Shown: positions 47,933-57,339 of the stretch, piece by piece
Numbering within the stretch: position 1 is the first letter of the stretch
Layout: each line of letters opens with the position of its first letter
NCBI GenBank assembly: GCA_044224875.1
Contig: JBGAJQ010000001.1
Location: forward strand, 1 to 64,000
Direction: 5' to 3'
DNA length: 64,000 nucleotides
Origin: Gemmatimonadaceae bacterium
GTDB lineage: Bacteria > Gemmatimonadota > Gemmatimonadetes > Gemmatimonadales > Gemmatimonadaceae
Program-made: the position numbers and the translations under genes
The notes under the pieces: generated by a model
What the model saw: only the letters and a program-made list of their open reading frames with translations
Databases searched by the model: none
What the model was told of the DNA's origin: nothing

Positions 47933-48628
47933 ATGCGCATCACCCTCAGTGAAACAGGACGCGCGCGCAAGCGGTCACCACTCGGAACGACCGTGAGCGT
48001 GGTCCTCCACGCGACGCTGTTCGTCATGGTCGCAGCTGGCGCCGGCATGTCCAACCAGGGGCCACCCGAAAAGCCACACCGTGACATCCTTGTCTACACG
48101 CCGACACCGGTGGTCCCCCATACCCCACGGCCGGCCACCAGCGGTCCGACGCATTCTACCTGGAATCCCTCGGCTCCACCCCCGATCCCCGGTCGTGTGG
48201 AGATCACGGTCCCCGACTTTAGGAATGTTGGCGATCATCTTCTCACGGATGGGGGACCGCTGGTCGAATTCGGACACGCAACCCTTGCCCAAACGACTGG
48301 AGTCTCCCGTAGCGATGCGACCGTCAGCGACGTGTATGATGTCCGTGCGGTCGAGGTCCCCGCAAAGACCATCGGAAACCAGGCCCCGCGCTATCCATCC
48401 GTGCTCTCCACAGCCGGCATCGAAGGAAGTGTTGTGGTCCGCTATGTCGTGGATACCCTCGGCCACGTGGAGCAAGGATCTGTCACCACCGTCAGCACGA
48501 CCCACGCACTCTTCGAGCGGGCGGTCCGCGACGCGCTGCCGCGATTTCGATTCTCCAGTGCGCAGGTGGGCGGTCGAAAAGTCCGGCAGCTCGTCGAGCA
48601 GTCCTTCGCTTTTGAACTGCGTCGTTAA
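47933..48628 (+). CDS. tonB: TonB family energy transducer
   Basis: N-terminal TM with SVVLH, Pro-rich linker, PRYP...GIEGSVVVRYVVD..G C-terminal domain. Confidence 0.85.
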   Translation: MRITLSETGRARKRSPLGTTVSVVLHATLFVMVAAGAGMSNQGPPEKPHRDILVYTPTPVVPHTPRPATSGPTHSTWNPSAPPPIPGRVEITVPDFRNVGDHLLTDGGPLVEFGHATLAQTTGVSRSDATVSDVYDVRAVEVPAKTIGNQAPRYPSVLSTAGIEGSVVVRYVVDTLGHVEQGSVTTVSTTHALFERAVRDALPRFRFSSAQVGGRKVRQLVEQSFAFELRR

Positions 48629-50175
48629 CGCCGACGCCGTGTGGTGCTTGGTTTCCCGCGCAGCACGCCGAGAGCATCGCGAACGAGTGTACCGGTGATC
48701 GCGACGGCAGCCGTGCGAATTACGCTGCGCGTGATGCTCGAGCCGAGGATTTGGCCCAGGAGTCCGCCTCCCGCGGGTTCCTGGGCCTTGCCACGGGCTG
48801 GCGCTTCGTTGGCCGGTGCGTCTCCGGCGGCAGCATCCGCCACGCGTGACGCGAGCATCTCGCGAGCGCTCTCGCGGTCGACCGCCTGCGCGTACTTCCT
48901 CACTTGGGGCGTCTGGAGCCGCTGCGACATCTCCGCGTCCGTGAGCGGACCCATGCGACTTTGCGGCGGGATCATGCGAGACACGAATGGCGGCGTGGGC
49001 GTGCCTTGAGGCGTGAGCACGGTAACCAAGGCCTCGCCGATTCCTAACGATGTCAGTGTCTGCTGCACATCGTAGAACGTGGTTTTGGGGAACGTCCGGG
49101 CGGCTGCCTTCAGCGCGGCCTCATCGTCGGGGGTGAAGGCCCGAAGGGCATGCTGCACGCGTTGTCCGAGCTGAGCCAGTACCGTTTCGGGAATGTCCTT
49201 GGGGCTCTGCGTGATAAAAAACACGCCAACACCCTTCGATCGAATCAGCCGTACCACTTGCTCGATCTGCTGGAGCAGCGCATCGCTGGCGTTATCGAAC
49301 AGCAAGTGCGCTTCGTCGAAGAAGAACACGAGTTTTGGCTTGTCGATGTCTCCGACCTCGGGGAGTTCATTGTACAGGGATGCAAGCATCCAGAGCATGA
49401 ACGTCGAGAATAACGCCGGGCGCTGCTGGACATCCATGAGTTCGAGCACGCTGATCAACCCTCGGCCATCGCGCTCGGTCTGCAGCAGATCGTCCAGGTC
49501 AAACATCGGCTCGCCGAAGAACTTGTCAGCGCCCTGCTGCTCCAGTTCCACCATTTCGCGCAGCAACACGCCGACTGTCGCCTTTGACATGCCGCCGTAC
49601 TGCTTCAACTCATCGGCACCTTCGTCGGAGAGGTACTGGAGGATGGCCTTGAGATCGCTGAGGTCCAACAGGAGCAACTTCTGGTCGTCGCAAAGCTTGA
49701 ACACCATCGACAGCACGGACGTTTGCGTGTCGTTGAGTCCGAGCACCTTTGCCAGCAGCAATGGGCCGAATGACGATACCGTCGCCCGGAGTTGCGCCCC
49801 CTTTGTGCCTGTCAGGCTGAGAAACTCCACCGGGAAACCGGCACCACGCCACTCGTAGCCCGTGTCCTTGGCGCGTGCGGCGACCTTGTCACTCGGCTCA
49901 CCGGCCACACCGATGCCAGACACGTCGCCCTTGATGTCGGCGAGGAATACCGGAATTCCCTGCGAGGAAAGCTGTTCTGCAATCAGCTGCAGGGACTTCG
50001 TCTTTCCCGTGCCTGTGGCGCCCGCAATGAGGCCGTGCCGATTCATCATGCCAACGGGAATACGGATGATCGGCTCGGGATCGCAGGCCCCCTCGTGCAC
50101 CACTGCGCCTAACGTGATGGAGGCGGTCGTGGACGAGAAAGCCTTCTTGGCGGCGTCGATGACAGCAGAATTCAT
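48625..50175 (-). CDS. HerA-like ATPase (DUF853/YjgR family)
   Basis: NRHGLIAGATGTGKT (Walker A), FFFDEAH (Walker B), VRLIRSKGVG, QHALRAFTP. Confidence 0.92.
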   Translation of the reverse strand: MNSAVIDAAKKAFSSTTASITLGAVVHEGACDPEPIIRIPVGMMNRHGLIAGATGTGKTKSLQLIAEQLSSQGIPVFLADIKGDVSGIGVAGEPSDKVAARAKDTGYEWRGAGFPVEFLSLTGTKGAQLRATVSSFGPLLLAKVLGLNDTQTSVLSMVFKLCDDQKLLLLDLSDLKAILQYLSDEGADELKQYGGMSKATVGVLLREMVELEQQGADKFFGEPMFDLDDLLQTERDGRGLISVLELMDVQQRPALFSTFMLWMLASLYNELPEVGDIDKPKLVFFFDEAHLLFDNASDALLQQIEQVVRLIRSKGVGVFFITQSPKDIPETVLAQLGQRVQHALRAFTPDDEAALKAAARTFPKTTFYDVQQTLTSLGIGEALVTVLTPQGTPTPPFVSRMIPPQSRMGPLTDAEMSQRLQTPQVRKYAQAVDRESAREMLASRVADAAAGDAPANEAPARGKAQEPAGGGLLGQILGSSITRSVIRTAAVAITGTLVRDALGVLRGKPSTTRRRR

Positions 50176-50259
50176 GGTCGAGGCGTGGCGAGGAGCTGGG
50201 AGCCAACTGGACGCCCCAATCCTAGCCAGACATACCTCGACGCGCCATGACGCGCGGAC

Positions 50260-50760
50260 CTACTCGAAACTCGGCTCGTACGCTTCGGCGTCCGCCGGTC
50301 GCAGCTGTGTGTGACGGTGCAGCATTCGTACGCAAGAGTTCCAGCGCAGGATGGCCTCGTCGTTCCCAGCGGGACGCATCTTCTCAGCCTTCGCGAACCA
50401 GTCCATGGCCTGCGATATCCAGTCAAAGGCCATTTCCGCAGCGCGTGGGATCCGGCGATTGAGCAATGCCTTCCCCCATCGTTCGCAAATGATGCCATTG
50501 TAGTACGCGTTCTTGTACGGCTCCGTCAGACGCACGACCGCGGCCCTGGCGCGTGCCAAAGCGTCGTTCGACCCGTCGCCGAACTGGTCGGTGATGGCAA
50601 GGGCGTGAGTGACGATGGCTTCCACGTTGGCGGGATCGACCGCGAGAATGTCCTCGCAGATGCTCTCTGCCGCCGCGGAGTCGTTCAACAGACGGTAGCG
50701 ATTCGCTTTCTGGAGTGCCGCGGGGACGCCGGCCATCGTAATCGGCTTGAGCTCGTGCAT
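50260..50760 (-). CDS. Hypothetical helical (TPR-like) protein at the end of the sdh operon
   Basis: GAGGAG RBS before ATG 50760; RYRLLN....AESIC.DIL, YYNGIICER, AILRWNSC. Confidence 0.75.
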   Translation of the reverse strand: MHELKPITMAGVPAALQKANRYRLLNDSAAAESICEDILAVDPANVEAIVTHALAITDQFGDGSNDALARARAAVVRLTEPYKNAYYNGIICERWGKALLNRRIPRAAEMAFDWISQAMDWFAKAEKMRPAGNDEAILRWNSCVRMLHRHTQLRPADAEAYEPSFE

Positions 50761-50801
50761 AACGATCACTCCTCGACGCCAGAGCGTCGGGTGCTTGTGG
50801 G

Positions 50802-51557
50802 TCAGCTGCCGGACTTCCTTCCTCTCACCAACCGGACCAGCTTCACCACCGGATCAAAAAACTCGTCGACGACACGTTCCTTGAGGGGAATGATAGCGTT
50901 GTCCGTGATCGCGATGTTCTCCGGACACACCGCCGTGCAGCACTTCGTGATGTTGCAATACCCGATGGCAAAGTCATCCTTCAACGGCCGCAACCGATTG
51001 CCCTCATCCAACGGATGCATCTCCAAAGCCGCCGTGTACGTCAGAAAGCGCGGCCCAATGAACTCCTCGTGCTTGTGATGGTCCCGCAGCACGTGACACA
51101 CATCCTGGCACAAGTAGCACTCGATGCACTTGCGGAACTCCTGCACGCGGTCCGCATCCCGTTGCTGCATGCGCCATGTTCCGTCAGGCGCATCGGGCCG
51201 GCGCGGTGTGAAGCGCTGGATCTTCTTCTTCACCGCAAAATTCCACGAGACGTCGGAGACCAAGTCCCGCACATGGGGAAAGGCGCGCATGGGCTCCACG
51301 GTGATCGGCTCACTCGTGTTCAGCTGATTCATCCGCGTCATGCACATGAGCTTTGGCATGCCGTTGATCTCTGCCGAACATGAGCCGCACTTGCCGGCCT
51401 TGCAATTCCACCTGAGGGCAAGGTCATTGGCCTGCTCGGCCTGGATCTGGTGAATGGCGTCCAGGACGACCATGCCTTCGGAAATCTCCGTCCGGTACTC
51501 GCCAAAGGCGCCGTTACCGCGGTCACCACGCCAGATGCGAAAGGTTGCGAGAGCCAT
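50802..51557 (-). CDS. sdhB: Succinate dehydrogenase/fumarate reductase iron-sulfur subunit
   Basis: CKAGKCGSC..C, CIECYLCQDVC, CNITKCCTAVCP. Confidence 0.95.
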   Translation of the reverse strand: MALATFRIWRGDRGNGAFGEYRTEISEGMVVLDAIHQIQAEQANDLALRWNCKAGKCGSCSAEINGMPKLMCMTRMNQLNTSEPITVEPMRAFPHVRDLVSDVSWNFAVKKKIQRFTPRRPDAPDGTWRMQQRDADRVQEFRKCIECYLCQDVCHVLRDHHKHEEFIGPRFLTYTAALEMHPLDEGNRLRPLKDDFAIGYCNITKCCTAVCPENIAITDNAIIPLKERVVDEFFDPVVKLVRLVRGRKSGS

Positions 51558-51584
51558 GGAAGGATGCGGGAGGTGGGAGCGCGG

Positions 51585-53396
51585 CTACTTCTCTTCGTCG
51601 ATCACTTGTTGCAGGTGCTGCGGCAGCGGCGGAATGTCGACGCGGTCGATCACCATCGTGCCGTCGCTGGCGCGCCGAATGACGATGTTGTAACGCTGCG
51701 CCTTGGGATCCTTCTGGGGGTAGTCGTCGCGAAAGTGGCCGCCACGACTCTCTTTTCGTTCGATTGCGGACCGCGTGATGGCCTCAGATACGGTCAGCAG
51801 GTTGTCGAGATCCAAGGCGGTGTGCCAACCCGGGTTATACTCGCGGTTTCCCGCGACGCTCACCTGCACGGCCCGTGCGCGCAAGGCGGCGATCTTGTCC
51901 AACGCCTGATGCATCTCGCCCTCCTGCCGCACGATACCCACGAGATCCTGCATGACGTCTTGTAGTTCGTGCTGGATCTGGTACGGCGACACGCCCCCAG
52001 TTCGTTCGAACGGCATCAGCGCCTGTCGTGTCGCGCCGTCAATCTGGGCTTCGTCCACACGTGCGGCGCCGGATGCCGTGGCAAACTTGGCAGCGTGTTC
52101 ACCAGCACGCTTACCGAACACCAGCAGATCAGAAAGCGAGTTGCCACCAAGTCGGTTGGCGCCGTGAAGACCTGCCGCACATTCACCGGCCGCGAAGAGA
52201 CCCGGCACGGACGACATCTGCGTGTCGCCGTCCACGCGCACGCCACCCATGATGTAGTGGGTGGTGGGGCCGACCTCCATGGGTGTCGTCGTGATGTCGA
52301 TGTCGGCGAGTTGCTTGAACTGATGGTACATGCTGGGCAGCTTCTTGCGAATGTGCTCAGCGGCGTTGGGTAGTCTCGCCTTGATCCATGCGATGTCGAG
52401 GAACACGCCACCGTGCGGACTCCCTCGGCCATCGCGGACCTCGCGCATGATGCAGCGTGCCACGTGGTCGCGCGTGAGGAGCTCCGGCGGACGTCGCGCC
52501 GCCTTGTCACCCTGCGTGTATCGCCACCCCTCTTCTTCGTTGTCGGCCGTCTGCGCGCGATAGTTCTCGGGGATGTCGCTGAACATGAAACGTTCACCCT
52601 GAGCGTTGCGCAGTACGCCACCCTCGCCGCGCACCCCCTCCGTGACGAGGATCCCTCGAACGCTTGGGGGCCAGACCATCCCCGTCGGGTGAAACTGCAC
52701 GAACTCCATGTCCTGCAGGTCGGCTCCAGCGCGATAGGCCAGAGACTGCCCATCGCCTGTGTATTCCCAGCTATTACTCGTTATGCGGAACGCTCGACCC
52801 ACGCCACCCGTGGCCAGCACGATCGCCGACGCCTGGAAGACCTTGAAGCGGCCGCGCTCACGATCGTATCCAACGGCACCTGAAACGCGGTCTCCGTCCT
52901 TGAGCAGGGTGAGGATCGTGTGCTCCATGTGCACATCGATCCCCTGATGGATCCCATGGTCCTGGAGCGTCCGGATCATCTCCAGTCCGGTGCGATCGCC
53001 AACGTGCGCGAGTCGCGGGTATTTGTGGCCGCCAAAGTTGCGCTGCAGGATGCGACCATCCGGCGTGCGGTCGAACAGCGCACCCCACGCCTCCAGTTCG
53101 CGCACGCGCTCCGGCGCTTCCTTCGCGTGCAGCTCGGCGTGACGCCAGTTGTTGACGTACTGGCCTCCTCGCATGGTGTCCGCGAAATGCACGCGCCACC
53201 CATCGCGATCATCCACGTGAGCCAAGGCCGCCGCGACGCCGCCTTCGGCCATGACTGTGTGCGCCTTTCCCAACAGCGACTTGGTGACCAGACCCACTCG
53301 CACTCCTTCGGCCGCGGCCGCGATCGCGGCTCGCAATCCGGCGCCCCCTGCGCCAATCACCAACACATCATGGACCACGCGTTCGACGTCAGCCAT
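51585..53396 (-). CDS. sdhA: Succinate dehydrogenase/fumarate reductase flavoprotein subunit
   Basis: GAGGAG FAD motif, AHTVMAEGG (covalent FAD His), QFHPT, HYIMGG, HGANRLGGNSL, RKESRGGH. Confidence 0.95.
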   Translation of the reverse strand: MADVERVVHDVLVIGAGGAGLRAAIAAAAEGVRVGLVTKSLLGKAHTVMAEGGVAAALAHVDDRDGWRVHFADTMRGGQYVNNWRHAELHAKEAPERVRELEAWGALFDRTPDGRILQRNFGGHKYPRLAHVGDRTGLEMIRTLQDHGIHQGIDVHMEHTILTLLKDGDRVSGAVGYDRERGRFKVFQASAIVLATGGVGRAFRITSNSWEYTGDGQSLAYRAGADLQDMEFVQFHPTGMVWPPSVRGILVTEGVRGEGGVLRNAQGERFMFSDIPENYRAQTADNEEEGWRYTQGDKAARRPPELLTRDHVARCIMREVRDGRGSPHGGVFLDIAWIKARLPNAAEHIRKKLPSMYHQFKQLADIDITTTPMEVGPTTHYIMGGVRVDGDTQMSSVPGLFAAGECAAGLHGANRLGGNSLSDLLVFGKRAGEHAAKFATASGAARVDEAQIDGATRQALMPFERTGGVSPYQIQHELQDVMQDLVGIVRQEGEMHQALDKIAALRARAVQVSVAGNREYNPGWHTALDLDNLLTVSEAITRSAIERKESRGGHFRDDYPQKDPKAQRYNIVIRRASDGTMVIDRVDIPPLPQHLQQVIDEEK

Positions 53397-54202
53397 CAGA
53401 AGAGCCTCGCGTCTGTCCAGATGCCCATGGAGCACAGTCGGACATAGATATCGGAGAACGCCACCGTGAACAGACTCGCCCACGCCCACCGGCTATGGGC
53501 GCGGTTCAGGCAGCTCGAACAATCGTACGCCTTCTGCCGAAGCGGCGCACTGGAGATCGCGTCGAGGAGTCCGCCAAGCACGTGCCGCGCCGAGTGACAT
53601 CCAAACAAGTATCCACCTAACATTATGACATTCAGTAACAGGACCAACGAACCGACGCCAACGCCAAACGTCGTACCCGGTTGCGCCGCGTCGGAAAACC
53701 AGAAGGCATGGTAGGCATCGTACACGAGGATGAACCAGACAATGAGTGACGCCAACAGCCCGTATCGGTGCAGGTTCTGCAGCACCAACGGGAAGTACCG
53801 TTCCCCCAGGTATGTCTTCCGCGGCTCCCCGACGGCGCACCCGGGCGGATCGGCCCAAAACGCCTTGTAGTACGACCCGCGATAGTAGTAGCAGGTGAAG
53901 CGAAACAGGGCCGGGATGGGAAGGATCAACAGCGCTGGGGAAAACGGCAGCCAACCGGGCCACCCCGCCGGTTTGGGCCCAAACCACGCGTGCGGCGAGT
54001 CGCCGAGCAACTCGGGGGAGTAGAAAGGAGACAGGTACGGGCCAAAGGTGTAGTGCGCGTTCTGAAACGCGGCCCAGGTGGCGTAGATGATGAACGCCGT
54101 CAGAATGCCGACGACCGGAACGTTAGGCAGCCACCACGCGTCGCGCCGAAGCGTTTCGCCGAATCGCCGGCGGTCGAGCACTGGAAGCGGCGCGTGAGCC
54201 AT
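53396..54202 (-). CDS. Succinate dehydrogenase membrane anchor, mycobacterial Sdh1 (Rv0249c)-like
   Basis: YLSPFYSP, FRFTCYYYR.SYY..FW..PP.CAV, QNLHRY, GCHS.RH, HSRWAW; TGATG coupling to sdhA. Confidence 0.85.
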   Translation of the reverse strand: MAHAPLPVLDRRRFGETLRRDAWWLPNVPVVGILTAFIIYATWAAFQNAHYTFGPYLSPFYSPELLGDSPHAWFGPKPAGWPGWLPFSPALLILPIPALFRFTCYYYRGSYYKAFWADPPGCAVGEPRKTYLGERYFPLVLQNLHRYGLLASLIVWFILVYDAYHAFWFSDAAQPGTTFGVGVGSLVLLLNVIMLGGYLFGCHSARHVLGGLLDAISSAPLRQKAYDCSSCLNRAHSRWAWASLFTVAFSDIYVRLCSMGIWTDARLF

Positions 54203-54410
54203 GCCATCCTCTCTGGGCAGACATCAGGTGAGTGCGCAACCGGCTACCCGCGACAGCACAAACACGCGTCGAGGGTCGCGTTATTCAATCGCGAGGGACA
54301 GGGGGTGTCAAATCGGACGCCTCGAGAGGCCCGCGACCGACTAGCTCGGGGTGGCGGTCCGGGCTACCTTCGCCGATTCGACCCACATGAGCGACGCCGC
54401 CGGAGGACGT

Positions 54411-55793
54411 ATGTGCGACACACCTGCATCACCTGAACGTCCTAGTGCGCCGCTGAGCCGTCGAGACGCGCTCAAGAATGGCTTGGCGTGGTCGGCCGTC
54501 CTGCTGGCGGCGCCACAGACGCTCGCCGCCCAGCTCGACGCCGGTGACGAGTACGTCAACATCGCACGCAGGGCCGGGCAGTGGATCGCAACATCGGCTA
54601 TCGCCGATGAGCTGGGAATGCGGTGGCCCGCTGACCCGCGCGACCCCAAGACGGTCTCCCTCGACCTCTACAACGGCACCCCTGGCATCGTGCCTTTCTG
54701 GTTGGAGTTGCACCACGCCACGCACGAGCCCGAGGCGCTTCAGTTTGCCGCCGCCGGCGCGGACTACTTGCTCAGCACCTTACCCGAGGACACAACCACC
54801 GATGCTGGTCTCTATACCGGGCTTGCCGGCGTCGCCTGGGTGCTTCAGCTGACGTATCGGGCCACTGGGCGGGAGAAATACCGAACGGGTGCCCAAAAGG
54901 CCCTCTCCATCGTTCAGGCCTCGGCAAAGGTGGGTGAGCACGGCGTCGGCTGGGCAGATTCGACGGACATCATCTCCGGCAGTGCGGGAACCGGGCTCTT
55001 CCTGCTATGGGCGAAGGACCAGATGGGCGACGAACGCTCGTTGGAGGTGGCGAAGGGTGCCGGTCGGGCCCTTGTTGCGGCTGGCGAGCCAGCCGGCGGT
55101 GGTCTGCGCTGGAAGGTGAACAAGGGCATGGCACGGAACTACCCGAACTTCTCGCACGGAACGGCCGGGGTTTCGTACTTCCTCGCCACGCTACATCAGG
55201 CCACAGGGGACTCGATGTACCTGGAGGCCGCCTTGGCGGGAGCGCGATACCTGCAGTCACTGGCAACGACCACAGCCAGTGGAGGTCATCTCGTTTTCCA
55301 TAGCGAGCCAGGCAACGAGGCGCTGTACTACTTGAGCTGGTGCCATGGACCAGCGGGTACCGCTCGTCTCTTCCACAGGCTGGGTCAGATCACTGGCCAG
55401 AATGTGTACGATGCCTACGTGGACTCGCTCGCCGCCGCCACGCTGGACATGAAGGTCCCCGAGCGATCACCTGGGTTTTGGAACAACATCTCACAGTGCT
55501 GCGGCAACTGTGGCGTGGTGGAGTTCTTTGCCAGCCTGCATGGCCTGCGTCGCGACGCGCGTCACCTGGCCTTTGCCGAACTGATGGCACGCGACACCGT
55601 CGCGCGGGGCACCGCGGACGGCGCCGGCATGAAGTGGGTGCAGGCAGAAAACCGCGTTTCTCCTGAGCAGCTGGTGGCGCAAACAGGCTTGATGCAGGGC
55701 GCGGCAGGCGTTGGACTGGCCATGCTGCACCTGGACGGCGTCCTGAACGGCCGGGCCCCACTCGTTCGCTTGCCGGACAATCCATTTGCCTAA
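54411..55793 (+). CDS. LanC-like (lanthionine synthetase C family) protein with a Tat-like signal
   Basis: GGAGGA RBS; SRRDALK signal; repeated LYxGxxG / IISGSAG / FSHGTAG / WCHGPAG / QCCGNCG / LMQGAAG LanC repeats. Confidence 0.88.
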   Translation: MCDTPASPERPSAPLSRRDALKNGLAWSAVLLAAPQTLAAQLDAGDEYVNIARRAGQWIATSAIADELGMRWPADPRDPKTVSLDLYNGTPGIVPFWLELHHATHEPEALQFAAAGADYLLSTLPEDTTTDAGLYTGLAGVAWVLQLTYRATGREKYRTGAQKALSIVQASAKVGEHGVGWADSTDIISGSAGTGLFLLWAKDQMGDERSLEVAKGAGRALVAAGEPAGGGLRWKVNKGMARNYPNFSHGTAGVSYFLATLHQATGDSMYLEAALAGARYLQSLATTTASGGHLVFHSEPGNEALYYLSWCHGPAGTARLFHRLGQITGQNVYDAYVDSLAAATLDMKVPERSPGFWNNISQCCGNCGVVEFFASLHGLRRDARHLAFAELMARDTVARGTADGAGMKWVQAENRVSPEQLVAQTGLMQGAAGVGLAMLHLDGVLNGRAPLVRLPDNPFA

Positions 55794-55800
55794 CGACTAG

Positions 55801-57267
55801 ATGTCAGTGGACGAACAGCGTCCGCCGCTGACGCTCTCCAGTGAGGAGATGCGGCGGTTGGGCTATCGCGCCGTCGATGAAATCATCGCCCACTTGGAGC
55901 AACGACGGGACCGGCGTGTGGCGAACTCCCGGCCTCGCGCCGAACTCGAGCGGCGGTTTGGACCGTTCCGCGACGCTCCGACGCCCGTGGGTGAAGTGCT
56001 CGATCTGGTGTGTGGTGAAGTCATGCCGTCCGTCACGCAGGTGGATCATCCGCGTTTCTTTGCCTTCGTGCCCGGGCCAGGCAACTTCGTTGGGGCCATG
56101 GCCGACGCGCTCGCCGCCGGCTTCAACGTCTTTGCCGCGCATTGGCTCCACGGATCCGGCGCGGCGGCCGTGGAACTGCAGACGATCGACTGGCTCTGCC
56201 GCGAATGCGGGTTGCCGAGTACGGCGGGTGGCCTGTTCGTGAGCGGTGGCTCCATGGCGAATTTGACGGCGTTGGCGGCGGCGCGCCGAGCCGTGCTGGG
56301 CGGCCCAAATCCCCAAGCCGTCATCTATGCGTCCAACCAGACGCACAATTCGCTGGCCAAGGGTCTTCGCGTCATCGGGTTCACCCAGGACCAGATCCGG
56401 ACCGTCGAGAGCGACGACGCCTTGCGACTGAGCATCCCGGCGCTCGAAGCGGCGATCGCCTCAGACCTGAGGGCCGGCCGGCGCCCATTCTGCGTCGTGG
56501 CAAATGCTGGAACGACGAACACGGCGGCCGTCGACCCGATCCCTGCGATCGCCGACGTGTGTGAGCGTCACGGGATGTGGCTGCACGTGGACGGGGCGTA
56601 TGGCGCGGCCGCCGTCCTCACGCCGCAGGGTCGCGCCATCCTGACCGGTCTGGAGCGAGCGGACTCCATCACCTTCGACCCGCACAAGTGGCTCTTCCAG
56701 CCCTTTGAGATCGGGTGCGTGCTCGTGCGCGACCTTCGGCACCTGCGTCAAGCGTTCACCGTGCATGTTGGCGATCACGGCGAGTACCTCGAGGACGTGC
56801 AGCGCGTCATCGGCGACGAGATGATCTTCTACGAACATGGGGTGCAGCTGACGAGATCATTCCGCGCCCTCAAGTTGTGGATGACGCTTCGGGTCTTTGG
56901 GGTACAGGCCATGCGCGACGCGATTGCGCGCGGCATCGAGCTAGCGGAGCTGACCGAGCGGCTGCTACGCGCTGACGGCCGGTTCGAGATCGTGACGCCG
57001 GCGCAGCTTGGCATGGTGTCCTTTGCTCCCGTCGCGCCGGAGATGAGCCGCGCGGACGTCGATGCCTGGGTCAAGCGCATCACCGACGGCATCCTCACTG
57101 ATGGCTTTGCCATGGTGACGTCGACGCGCGTGCGCGACCGTCACGTTTTACGGATGTGCACCATCAATCCGCAGACGTCGGACGACGACATTCGAGAAAC
57201 GGTGACACGCATCGCGAAGATTGCAGCTGCCGAACGGTCCCCTCATTCCCCGGCGTCCTTGCCCTGA
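55801..57267 (+). CDS. Group II PLP-dependent amino acid decarboxylase
   Basis: HPRFFAFVP, FVSGGSMAN, NAGTTNT, HVDGAYG, DPHKW. Confidence 0.92.
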   Translation: MSVDEQRPPLTLSSEEMRRLGYRAVDEIIAHLEQRRDRRVANSRPRAELERRFGPFRDAPTPVGEVLDLVCGEVMPSVTQVDHPRFFAFVPGPGNFVGAMADALAAGFNVFAAHWLHGSGAAAVELQTIDWLCRECGLPSTAGGLFVSGGSMANLTALAAARRAVLGGPNPQAVIYASNQTHNSLAKGLRVIGFTQDQIRTVESDDALRLSIPALEAAIASDLRAGRRPFCVVANAGTTNTAAVDPIPAIADVCERHGMWLHVDGAYGAAAVLTPQGRAILTGLERADSITFDPHKWLFQPFEIGCVLVRDLRHLRQAFTVHVGDHGEYLEDVQRVIGDEMIFYEHGVQLTRSFRALKLWMTLRVFGVQAMRDAIARGIELAELTERLLRADGRFEIVTPAQLGMVSFAPVAPEMSRADVDAWVKRITDGILTDGFAMVTSTRVRDRHVLRMCTINPQTSDDDIRETVTRIAKIAAAERSPHSPASLP

Positions 57268-57339
57268 AAACGCGCCGGCCCCGGAAAACATGTCGGGGGC
57301 CTCGCAGCCGTCGCCACGCCCGATGCGCGCAGCCTGCCG

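Noticed and set aside
48625..50175. HerA-like ATPase as an anti-phage system
   Set aside because: It is the stand-alone DUF853/YjgR type, with no adjacent nuclease or SIR2 partner.
54411..57267. Lanthipeptide biosynthetic cluster
   Set aside because: No dehydratase or kinase/lyase, no Ser/Thr/Cys-rich precursor and no transporter in the window; reported as an orphan LanC-like gene instead.
57277..57301. Hairpin between the convergent decarboxylase and tkt genes
   Set aside because: Stem is short and imperfect with no U tract; not enough to call a terminator.
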